This document shows, one piece after another, positions 55,482 to 64,000 of a stretch of DNA of 64,000 nucleotides. The notes beneath the pieces were generated by a model. That model was not told where the DNA came from and did no database searches. It was given only the letters and a program-made list of their open reading frames with translations. Source of the DNA: an uncultured Acidobacteriaceae bacterium (GTDB taxonomy: Bacteria; Acidobacteriota; Terriglobia; Terriglobales; Acidobacteriaceae); contig CAWBEP010000017.1 of assembly GCA_963787915.1 (NCBI GenBank), forward strand, positions 34,439 through 98,438. The letters run 5' to 3'. Position 1 is the first letter of the stretch. Every line of letters starts with the position of its first letter. A program made the translations under genes and the position numbers.

Positions 55482-57560
55482 ATGAGTACACCTTCTGAAG
55501 TCGTTCGGCCCCGCGCAGCAGCATCTCCCTCAGGGAGTAGTGGCAGTGGTATCCCTGTCACCGAGCCACGCCGGCCTTTTGCCAATGTGAAATTTGGGCG
55601 CATCGACGCCGCACCTGAAGAGGTGGCGCGCGCCATCGAGCGGTCCCGCGAATCGCTGCTGGCGCGGCAGCATCCTGAGGGCTACTGGAGCGGCGAGCTC
55701 GAAGGCGATTCGATGCTGGAGGCAGATTACATTTTCCTCCACGTCCTGCTGGGTACGGGCGATGCGGGAAAGATGGAAAGAGCCCTTACTGAGATCATGC
55801 GCTACCGGAACGACGATGGCAGCTGGTCGCTCTATCCGGGTGGTCCCGGCAATGTGAGCCTTTCGGTCAAGTGCTATTTCGCGAACAAGCTGATGGGTGT
55901 TTCTGCAGATGAGCCGCACATGGCTCAGACCCGGGAGTGGATTCTCGCCCATGGTGGTGTGACCGCTTGCAACACCTTCACGAAGATTTATCTTTGCTCG
56001 CTGGGGCAATACGAATACAACTGCGTTCCCGCCATCCCGCCGGAGATCGTCCTGTTCCCCAGTTGGTTCTGGTTCAACATTTACGAAATCTCATCGTGGT
56101 CGCGGGCGATTCTGGTGCCGCTGTCGATCGCATATGCAAAAAAGCCCTTTAAGAAGATTCCCTCCGAGCACGGCATCCAGGAGCTTTTCGTGGGTGGCCG
56201 CGAGAATGCCGACCTGAAGTTGCGCTGGGATCGCGAGCACCTTTTCGGGTGGCGCAATTTCTTCATTTTCATCGACCGGCTGACCCACTGGTGCGAGCGC
56301 ATCCACATCCGCCCGCTGCGCTCGGTCGCCCTGAAGAAGGCGCAGAAGTGGATGCTGGAGCGTCTCGAGATGTCCGACGGGCTGGGGGCGATCTATCCGG
56401 CCATCCTCAACTCGATTATCGCGCTCCGTTGTCTCGGTTATTCGCTCGACGATCCGCAGGTGATCCGCGCGATGGACGAGTTCGAAAAGCTCGGCATCGA
56501 CGAACCGCACGGAACGAAGGATTATCCCGAACCCACCTTTCGCATGCAGCCGTGCCTGTCTCCGGTATGGGATACGGCTCAGGCCGTCTATGCGCTCGGA
56601 GAGGCGGGGCTGGATCGCAAAGACCCGCGGCTGCTGAAGGCCGCTGACTGGATGCTTTCCAAGGAAGTCCGTCACAAAGGCGACTGGGCGGTGAAGAACC
56701 GGCGCGCCGCCCCAGGGGGTTGGTACTTTGAGTTCAACAATGAGTTTTACCCGGATGTTGATGATACGGGACAGGTTCTGCTCGCTCTGAATAAAGTCGA
56801 TAATCCCCGCGAACGTTATCAGTACGACGTTTGCCAGCGAGCCATCGACTGGGTTTTCTCCATGCAGTGCCGCAATGGCGGCTGGGCCAGCTTCGACAAA
56901 GACAACACGAAGATGATCTTCCAGCACATCCCATTTGCGGATCACAATGCGATGCTCGACCCGCCGACAGTGGACATCACCGGGCGCATCCTCGAGATGC
57001 TCGCCACCTATGGCTACACCCGCAAGGATCGCCGCGTAGAGAAGGCCATCAAGTTCATCTACCAGGAACAGGAGCCGGACGGCAGCTGGTTTGGCCGGTG
57101 GGGCGTGAATTACCTGTACGGCACCTTCCTGGTGCTGCGCGGTCTCGAGGCGATCGGTGTGTGGAACCACGAGCCGCAGGTGCAGCAGGCGGCGGAGTGG
57201 GTCCGTTCCGTGCAGAACGCGGACGGCGGCTGGGGGGAAAGCTGTAACAGCTACGACGATCCAGTGGCGCGGGGGATCGGCACCAGCACGCCTTCGCAGA
57301 CAGCCTGGGGCGTCCTGGGACTTCTGGCGGCGGGCGATACACGAAGCGACTCCGTGGCCAAGGGCGTCAAATGGCTGCTGGCCCAGCAACAAGCCGATGG
57401 TTATTGGGATGAAAGCCAGGGTGCGGGCAAGACGCGCCAGGCGATCTATACCGGGACCGGTTTCCCACGTGTGTTCTATCTGGCCTATCCGCTCTACCGC
57501 GACTATTTTCCGTTGCTGGCGCTGACCAGCTACAAGCGGGCGCTGGAAAAGGCCGAGTAA
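55482..57560 (+). CDS. shc: squalene-hopene cyclase
   Basis: Multiple QW repeats (e.g. QNADGGWGE, RNDDGSWS) and the DVDDTG catalytic motif. Start is the ATG at 55482. Confidence 0.9.
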   Translation: MSTPSEVVRPRAAASPSGSSGSGIPVTEPRRPFANVKFGRIDAAPEEVARAIERSRESLLARQHPEGYWSGELEGDSMLEADYIFLHVLLGTGDAGKMERALTEIMRYRNDDGSWSLYPGGPGNVSLSVKCYFANKLMGVSADEPHMAQTREWILAHGGVTACNTFTKIYLCSLGQYEYNCVPAIPPEIVLFPSWFWFNIYEISSWSRAILVPLSIAYAKKPFKKIPSEHGIQELFVGGRENADLKLRWDREHLFGWRNFFIFIDRLTHWCERIHIRPLRSVALKKAQKWMLERLEMSDGLGAIYPAILNSIIALRCLGYSLDDPQVIRAMDEFEKLGIDEPHGTKDYPEPTFRMQPCLSPVWDTAQAVYALGEAGLDRKDPRLLKAADWMLSKEVRHKGDWAVKNRRAAPGGWYFEFNNEFYPDVDDTGQVLLALNKVDNPRERYQYDVCQRAIDWVFSMQCRNGGWASFDKDNTKMIFQHIPFADHNAMLDPPTVDITGRILEMLATYGYTRKDRRVEKAIKFIYQEQEPDGSWFGRWGVNYLYGTFLVLRGLEAIGVWNHEPQVQQAAEWVRSVQNADGGWGESCNSYDDPVARGIGTSTPSQTAWGVLGLLAAGDTRSDSVAKGVKWLLAQQQADGYWDESQGAGKTRQAIYTGTGFPRVFYLAYPLYRDYFPLLALTSYKRALEKAE

Positions 57561-57622
57561 GCGCCGGGACGCGGCGGGTCAACTGAACTGAGTCCGGATT
57601 TCAGACGGAGGAAGGATTACTG

Positions 57623-58759
57623 ATGGCGGTACCTGTTTCCCAGGCATGGACGGTGGCCACCTACGTCCTGACGCAAAAGCTGAAAGGCAGGAAGCGCTTT
57701 CCGCTCGTGACGATGCTCGAGCCGCTCTTCCGCTGCAACCTGGCCTGTGCCGGGTGCGGCAAGATTCAATATCCGCCTCACATCCTCAAGCAGGAGCTGA
57801 CGCCGGAGGAGTGCTTCCGCGCGGTCGAAGAGGCCGGCACGCCGATGGTTTCCATTCCCGGTGGAGAACCGCTGCTGCATCCGCAGATCGACAAGATTGT
57901 CGCGGGCCTGGTTGAGCGCAAAAAGTACGTTTACATGTGCACGAACGCGCTGCTTCTGAAAGAAAAACTTTACCTGTTCAAGCCGAGCAAGTATCTCTCG
58001 TTCTCCGTCCACCTCGACGGCCAGCGCGAGCACCACGATTTCTCCGTATGCCGCGAGGGTGGCTACGACATCGCGATGGAAGGAATCAAAGCGGCGATCG
58101 CGGCAGGTTTCCGAGTGACGACGAATACGACGCTCTTCGACGGCGCCGATCCAAATTCGGTGCGCGCTCATTTCGACGAGTTGATGGACGTTGGGGTCGA
58201 GGCCATGATGGTCGCTCCCGGCTACACCTACGAGAAGGCTCCCGACCAGAAGCACTTCCTGGGCCGCGCCCGCTCGCGCAAGCTCTTCCGCGCGATTCTT
58301 TCGAATCGCAGGAAGACCTGGAAGTTCAACGCGAACTACCTATACCTCGAATTCATCATGGGCAAGCGGGATTTCAAATGCACGCCGTGGGCGATGCCGA
58401 CATACAGCATCTTCGGCTGGCAAAAACCCTGCTACCTCCTGCAGGATGGGTACGCGGATACCTTCGAGGAGCTGATCGAGTCCACGAACTGGGACAACTA
58501 CGGCACCGAGAGCGGCAATCCGAAGTGCGCGAACTGCATGGTCCACTCCGGCTACGAAGGCACCGCGGTGAACTACACCTTCGGATCGCTGAAGGGACTG
58601 TGGGAGACGGCGAAGGCGATGACAAGGCTCTATCCCGACAAGGGCGCGCTCGATCTTCTCAACGAGCCAGTAAAACCAGCGCACAGCTTCAATCCGCTGG
58701 TACAGATCAACGCCCAGGTCAGGACTGAGGTCCGCGTTGAAGAGGGAAGTCGCGCATGA
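57623..58759 (+). CDS. hpnH: adenosyl-hopene transferase (radical SAM)
   Basis: LEPLFRCNLACAGCGKIQYP is the HpnH-type CxxxCxxC context. A conserved C-terminal region contains CANCMVHSGYE. Confidence 0.9.
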   Translation: MAVPVSQAWTVATYVLTQKLKGRKRFPLVTMLEPLFRCNLACAGCGKIQYPPHILKQELTPEECFRAVEEAGTPMVSIPGGEPLLHPQIDKIVAGLVERKKYVYMCTNALLLKEKLYLFKPSKYLSFSVHLDGQREHHDFSVCREGGYDIAMEGIKAAIAAGFRVTTNTTLFDGADPNSVRAHFDELMDVGVEAMMVAPGYTYEKAPDQKHFLGRARSRKLFRAILSNRRKTWKFNANYLYLEFIMGKRDFKCTPWAMPTYSIFGWQKPCYLLQDGYADTFEELIESTNWDNYGTESGNPKCANCMVHSGYEGTAVNYTFGSLKGLWETAKAMTRLYPDKGALDLLNEPVKPAHSFNPLVQINAQVRTEVRVEEGSRA

Positions 58760-59175
58760 CGACGACCGCCAATCCTGCCCTCGATCCCAACGCAATCGAG
58801 GTAATGGACGGGCGCGCACGCGAGCAGCTCGAGGGTTGGATCCCGTCCCTGGCCAGCGACGACGATATCCGAGAGGCGCTCGAAAAGGCCTTCGACTACC
58901 GCGGCGATGTGACGCTGACCCTCAAGGACGGCCGAATGATCCACGGCTATGTCTTTGATCGGCGGACCGGCGCGACCCTCCAGGATTCTGTCGTCCGGGT
59001 GATCCCTTCGGAGCAGCGGACCAAGCTGAGCATTCCGTACTCCGATATCGCCGCCCTCGCCTTCACCGGACGCGACAACGCGGCAGGCCGCACCTTCGAG
59101 GCATGGATTAAAAAGTACTGGGAGAAGAAGGCTGCGGGCGAGACGAATATCGCCCTTGAGCCGGAAAAGCTGTAA
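58756..59175 (+). CDS. hypothetical protein translationally coupled to hpnH
   Basis: The ATG at 58756 overlaps the hpnH TGA (ATGA). The 139-aa soluble product has no recognisable motif. Confidence 0.55.
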   Translation: MTTTANPALDPNAIEVMDGRAREQLEGWIPSLASDDDIREALEKAFDYRGDVTLTLKDGRMIHGYVFDRRTGATLQDSVVRVIPSEQRTKLSIPYSDIAALAFTGRDNAAGRTFEAWIKKYWEKKAAGETNIALEPEKL

Positions 59176-59259
59176 GCAGCCGCCAACCTGCAACAAGTGA
59201 ATCGCAGGCATCCCGGGGCCCGGCCTTCGGCATCGCAGCCTTGAGCCGCCTGGATCGCT

Positions 59260-60549
59260 TTGTTCCTCTCAGGGGAGCACGCTCCGGCTGGATCTACGGC
59301 CGGCCACGTTGAAGTCAGTATTTCTGGGACCTGGGGCAGGACGAACATCGTGACCTCCGGAAAGATCGAGGTACTGGAATCCGGCATCTCCTCGGGCCTG
59401 GCCCCGTCTGCCGAAATCCGGTTGGAGCGCGAACGTTTTGCATTCGCCACGGAAGCAGCACAGATTGGCTATTGGTTCTGCGATCTGCCTTTCGACAAGC
59501 TCATCTGGGATCATCGGGTCAAGGAACACTTCTGGCTTGAGCCGGACGCTGACGTAGACATCCAGCTGTTCTACGAACGGCTTCATCCCGAGGATCGCGA
59601 CCGGACACGGGAGGCCATCGAGCGCTCCATCGCCACGCGCACACGCTACGACATTGAATACCGAACGACATCGCCGGCGGGTGAGTTCAAGTGGATTCAT
59701 GCCATCGGCCGGACTGCCTATGATGCGCAGGGCCGTCCGGTGCGTTTCGATGGTGTAACCAAGGACATCACGGCGCTCAAAGAGGCCGAGGAAGCACGGG
59801 ATCTCGCCGAAGCGGCCCTGATCCGCAGCGAGAAGCTGGCCATTGTGGGCCGCCTGGCCGCCGCCATCTCGCACGAGATCAATAATCCGCTGGAGGCGGT
59901 CGCCAATCTGCTCTACCTGATCGCGCAATCGGCGAAAGATGAAGACACTCAAAGCTATGTGAGGACGGCGCAAAGGGAGCTTGACCGGGTTGCCCACATC
60001 GTGACCCATACACTCCGCTTTAACCGCGGTACGAATGGAGGATTCTATGAGGCGATCTCGGAATTGCTCGATTCTTCCGTAGGAATCTATGAAGCGCGCC
60101 TTCGACAACAGGAGATTCTTCTGGAGCGTGACTACGCCCCCGACAGCCACCTGTGCCGCTTTCCCTCTAATCTGCGACAGGTGTTTGCCAACATCATCGG
60201 GAATTCTTTCGACGCCACCAAACGAGGGGGAGTGCTGATTTTGCGAACTCGCCTTCAGCCTCACTGGCAGACGGGCTCGGCCGGACTCCGTGTCACGATT
60301 GCCGATAGCGGAGAGGGAATGGACGCCGCGACACGCCGCCGTCTCTTTGAGGCGTTCTTCACGACCAAGGGGGAACGGGGCACGGGTCTGGGCTTATGGA
60401 CCAGCCGGGAGATCGTGGAAAGACACGGCGGAACTATCCGCGTGAAGAGCCGGCGGAATCCCCCCAGCGGCACGGTGTTTTCGATCTGGCTGCCGCTCAA
60501 TCGAACGCTTGCGTTGACCCCGGACCGGGAGCAGCCTTTGCTGCGTTAG
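59260..60549 (+). CDS. cytoplasmic PAS-domain sensor histidine kinase
   Basis: PAS segment (IGYWFCDL...KWIHAIGRTAYD), H-box SHEINNPL and an HATPase_c domain. The listed start is TTG and the true start is uncertain. No TM segments are present. Confidence 0.8.
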   Translation: MFLSGEHAPAGSTAGHVEVSISGTWGRTNIVTSGKIEVLESGISSGLAPSAEIRLERERFAFATEAAQIGYWFCDLPFDKLIWDHRVKEHFWLEPDADVDIQLFYERLHPEDRDRTREAIERSIATRTRYDIEYRTTSPAGEFKWIHAIGRTAYDAQGRPVRFDGVTKDITALKEAEEARDLAEAALIRSEKLAIVGRLAAAISHEINNPLEAVANLLYLIAQSAKDEDTQSYVRTAQRELDRVAHIVTHTLRFNRGTNGGFYEAISELLDSSVGIYEARLRQQEILLERDYAPDSHLCRFPSNLRQVFANIIGNSFDATKRGGVLILRTRLQPHWQTGSAGLRVTIADSGEGMDAATRRRLFEAFFTTKGERGTGLGLWTSREIVERHGGTIRVKSRRNPPSGTVFSIWLPLNRTLALTPDREQPLLR

Positions 60550-62132
60550 CCCCACTTCTTCATCTCCGGCCAGACGGTCCGCAAATCCCACTTCAGTCCG
60601 CGGCAGAGCCAGATGGTGAAATGTTCGTCTTCACGAGACCAGGGATTGTCGGTCTTCTGGCCGGTATCGATCACGCTCTGGAAGTGTTCGCGATCGCCGC
60701 TCCCATCGCTGCCGAGAACGATCACGATGCTGCCGTCGTAATCGCGAGGGCCCCACAGCCAATAGGAATTGTGCGCGCTGATCGCGCGGGGCAAGCCGTA
60801 CTTCGGGCCAAAGTAGTCCACCGCCGCTGCCTCGCCCCAGGAGTTCGCGAAGATGGCCGTGCGAGCTCGTTCTGCGGGCGGCAGGCTGTTATAGACAATG
60901 GCGGTTTTGCGCACCATGTCCTCCCAGCCGAATTCATCGGCGAAGAACTGCGGCAGCGGTCCGGTGCGTTGATTCTCCGCCTTCGGCGGATCGATGCCGA
61001 GCGCGTGCTGGTAACGCAGATAGGTCTCCGGGCGCAGCAGGGGCAGTGTCAGGGGCGCGAGGACCAGCCCGGAAACGGCCAGCAGCATCGCGTAGGCGCC
61101 GCTGATCCATGCGTTGCGAACCCAGCGCGTCCAACCGACGGCGCCTGCGGCAAAGATCATGGGATACACCGGCGAGACGTAGTAGTTCTTGCCTTGCGTC
61201 ACCATCAGGAGGACGACCACAACCAAAAATGCCCGCGCCAGGATTCGGTACTTTGCGCCAGCGCGCGTAAACAGCAGCCACACTGCGCCGCCGATCCACA
61301 ACGGCGCCGAGAGCGGATTCAGAATGTTCGCCTGATCGATGAGAAACGAGAGCGGCCCGCGCCGTACATCGCGCGGCGTCGCGCGGACGTTGCGCTCGTA
61401 TTCAAGAAAAGGGAAGTGATGATGCACCAGCCAGACCAGATGCGGCAGGAAAATCAAAAGAGCGGCCAGGCAGCCAAGCCAGAACCACTTCGATAGCAGG
61501 ACGCGGCGATGCGGCGTGAGCGCCAGGCCGAGAATCAGTCCCGCGGCAAACAGAACTACGCTGTATTTCATCTCGAGGCCAGCGCCCACGAGCACGCCGA
61601 TGCCGAGCCACCAGCGCTCATCGCTGCTTTCGATGTAGCGGAGCACACACCACGCACAGAGCATCCACAGCAGCGGTTCAAAAGCGTTCATCGTCAGCCA
61701 GTGCTGCATCAGCATGTAGATCGGCGCAGTCAGAATCGCAAGGGCCGCAAGCACCTGCGCCATACGGCCGCCACCCATCATGCGAGCCATTGTGCCGGTC
61801 AGCCAAACGAGCGCCGCTCCAGCCAGCGCCGGCAGGAAGCGCAATCCGAGCAGCGACGTCCCGAAAATGTGACTTACCAGCCAGGCAATGAACGGCATCC
61901 CCGGCGGGTGGTCGACGTAACCCCAACCGAGATGCTGGCCGCAGGCGAGGTAGTACATCTCATCGCGAAAGATGCCGTAATGCGGCGCCGCCCGCATTTC
62001 GAGAGCGAACTTCAGGAAAGCGATCACCGCAACCATCGCTGCGCCCGAGGCTGACGAATGCGCGGGAATCGCCGTGGCCGTCGATGCGGTGGTCCTCGGT
62101 GGGTTCGTGAGTGCATCCATGGGTTCGTTCAA
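60546..62132 (-). CDS. family-39 (ArnT/PMT-like) membrane glycosyltransferase
   Basis: The N-terminal region DEMYYLACGQHLGWGYVDHPPGMPFIAWL is typical of GT39/GT83. About 11 TM segments are followed by a soluble C-terminal domain. Confidence 0.8.
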   Translation of the reverse strand: MNEPMDALTNPPRTTASTATAIPAHSSASGAAMVAVIAFLKFALEMRAAPHYGIFRDEMYYLACGQHLGWGYVDHPPGMPFIAWLVSHIFGTSLLGLRFLPALAGAALVWLTGTMARMMGGGRMAQVLAALAILTAPIYMLMQHWLTMNAFEPLLWMLCAWCVLRYIESSDERWWLGIGVLVGAGLEMKYSVVLFAAGLILGLALTPHRRVLLSKWFWLGCLAALLIFLPHLVWLVHHHFPFLEYERNVRATPRDVRRGPLSFLIDQANILNPLSAPLWIGGAVWLLFTRAGAKYRILARAFLVVVVLLMVTQGKNYYVSPVYPMIFAAGAVGWTRWVRNAWISGAYAMLLAVSGLVLAPLTLPLLRPETYLRYQHALGIDPPKAENQRTGPLPQFFADEFGWEDMVRKTAIVYNSLPPAERARTAIFANSWGEAAAVDYFGPKYGLPRAISAHNSYWLWGPRDYDGSIVIVLGSDGSGDREHFQSVIDTGQKTDNPWSREDEHFTIWLCRGLKWDLRTVWPEMKKWG

Positions 62133-62302
62133 GACGGTTCCTTTCGGTGCCGGGGGTGATTACGGAAGTCTGCCGGTTCAAATGCAACTCTGGAGAGGGA
62201 GATTCAGCCATCCACCAGGCACGCGATTCTCTGCTTTACTTCGAAAACAACTCCATGCTACTTTCCTAACCAATCCCCCGAGCTTCCCCATGGAGAATTC
62301 AG

Positions 62303-63689
62303 GTGTACTGCGTTCAGTGTGGATCGGTGGTTCCGCCCGACAATAAGTTTTGTAATCAATGCGGCGCCGCGATACGCCGCCCTGAGAGTGTTCCCAACGG
62401 CTTTGTCGCGACGCCGCCCGCGCCTCTCGCCACCGACGCTCCTGGTATCGCACAGGCCACTTTCGGGGCGCATGCTCAAACGTTACCACCCACGATTCCG
62501 CCGCCAGCTTACCAGGCGGCTCCCCCGCCGATTCCAAATCTTCCGCCGATACAGGGAATTCCGCAGCCGGTTTATCAAAGTGCTCCACCGCCCGTGCAGT
62601 CTATCCCGCAAGCGGTGTATTACGTTCCCGCCACCCACCAGCCGCAGACCGTTCAGCAAATCAATCTGCTGCACAGTCTGCAAAGCAGGCTGCAGCGCAT
62701 TGCTTCGACTGAAGATCTTCAGGGCTTCAGCCTGAAGCAGATGTTCTCCGACGTGTTCAAGCGCCGGAGCAATAGCGACGTGGAAGACTACATCCTCGTC
62801 GGTACCTCCAAAACGACTCCGGTGATTGACCTGGTGGAAACCGGCTGGCCGAAGCCGTGGCTCTTTTTCCGGGTGCTGGCCACCATGGTGGTGGCCTACG
62901 TAGCGCTCACCTTTACGCTCATGCGTTCTGCCAATCCCAACCTCATCCCGGGCGTGATGATCATCGGAGCGTTCGCAGTTCCTCTGGCCACGCTTACATT
63001 TTTCTTCGAGATGAACAGCCCGCGGAACGTCTCCATCCATCGAATCGCGACCTTGTTTCTGCTCGGCGCGGTGGTCTCCCTGCGTATTCGCTCTGATCGG
63101 ATACACGCTGCCATTGCTCGGTGTGCTGGGAAACATGGCCGCCGGCATCGTCGAAGAGGTTGCCAAACTGCTCACGGTGGTCATCGTCGTGCGCAGCGTT
63201 CGCTACAAATACATCCTGAACGGACTGCTCTTTGGGGCGACAGTCGGGGCGGGATTCGCCGCCTTTGAAACCGCTGGCTACGCGTTGAATCAGGGCCTGC
63301 TGCCCTCCGGCGTCATCGGCATGCTGCAGATTCTCCGCGAGCGCGCTTTCCTCACTCCCTGGGGGCACGTTGCGTGGACGGCGATTGCTGCGGGAGCATT
63401 CTGGCGAGTGAAGAGGGACCAGGTGCTCAGTGTCTCGATGCTGTTCGATTCGCGTTTTCTGAAAGCGTTCATGATTCCCGTGGTGCTGCACATGATCTGG
63501 GACGCGCCGTGGCAGCTGCCCTTCGATGGGAATTACATTCTGTCTGCAGTTGTCAGCTGGTACGTCGTCTTCGGCCTCGTCCAGCAGGGGTTGCGTCAGG
63601 TGCAGGAAGACCAGCGGGCGCATTTGCAGAGCACACTGGCAACGGTTGAGGCTGCGATGCAGACACAAGGTACAGTCGGCGTCACATAG
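62303..63689 (+). pseudogene. prsW: zinc-ribbon PrsW-family intramembrane protease, interrupted by a +1 frameshift near 63078-63084
   Basis: The N-terminal part (frame of 62303) runs through ...LFLLGAVVSL and then becomes Arg-rich nonsense. The C-terminal part (frame of 63114) continues ..VFALIGYTLPLLGVLGNMAAGIVEEVAKLL with PrsW EExxK and HxxxD/N-type motifs. Confidence 0.6.
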
Positions 63690-63737
63690 TTCGACTGCGA
63701 ACGCGGGAATGTGCCCGATATCAAGGAGACGATCTCC

Positions 63738-64000
63738 ATGGCTTTTTGCAGCAATTGTGGGAACGCTCTGCTGGGCAGCGAGCGCTTTTGTGCGCAATGC
63801 GGCACCGGGGTTTCCGCAAAGCCTTCTGCCGCACCGATACCGAACTCCCCACCGGCCGCACCGCCCATCCAGCAGGCGGCAGCCGCACCAACGCCATATG
63901 CGGTGCCGGCGCACGGCCCCGGTTCATTTCCCGGTCCACCGGCCCCTGTCCCTCAGAAGCACAGCGGGTTGATGGGAACAGTCGCGATCCTCGCCATCGT
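63738..64000 (+). CDS. zinc-ribbon / Pro-rich / TM protein, 5' fragment (3' end outside window)
   Basis: AAGGAG lies 9 nt upstream of the ATG at 63738. The translation is MAFCSNCGNALLGSERFCAQCG, then a Pro/Ala-rich linker, then a hydrophobic start (LMGTVAILAI). It is absent from the ORF track because no stop occurs within the window. Confidence 0.5.
   Translation, partial: MAFCSNCGNALLGSERFCAQCGTGVSAKPSAAPIPNSPPAAPPIQQAAAAPTPYAVPAHGPGSFPGPPAPVPQKHSGLMGTVAILAI

Overview
High-GC bacterial chromosomal segment (about 60-65% G+C by hand counts of sample lines). It is almost certainly Acidobacteriota (Terriglobia-like), because it carries an ADOP-family duplicated orphan MacB-type permease, a very large CarboxypepD_reg-type TonB-dependent receptor and an ispH-shc-hpnH hopanoid block. 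About 60 protein-coding genes are supportable. I found no rRNA, tRNA, CRISPR array, transposase or integrase. Most content is housekeeping or envelope-related: glmS 3' end, MFS transporters, mtnA, leucine-catabolism genes, rarA, tsaC, hom, tmk, hemY, a DEAD-box helicase, AsmA and an M61 peptidase. The ORF track is dominated by Arg/Gly/Pro-rich shadow ORFs antisense to real genes, which I rejected. The ORF track accepts GTG and TTG starts, so many listed ORFs carry false N-terminal extensions; I re-set starts where an internal ATG with a Shine-Dalgarno motif or homology was visible. The most interesting observations are these. (1) A co-directional operon at 36.1-44.0 kb encodes a MacA-like adaptor, two different MacB/LolD-type ABC ATPases, TolC, a sigma54 activator and a loop-less histidine kinase, but no permease. 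This mirrors the ATPase-less ADOP permease at 7.3-9.9 kb. (2) An uncharacterised 139-aa ORF is translationally coupled to hpnH. (3) A radical SAM/SPASM gene is translationally coupled to hemY/cgoX. (4) Three toxin-antitoxin-like pairs lie within 8.5 kb, one of them in a low-GC islet bordered by a stop-codon hairpin and a degenerate repeat array. (5) A zinc-ribbon PrsW protease gene is broken by a single-nucleotide frameshift. All functional calls rest on my recognition of motifs in the translated ORFs. No database search was run.
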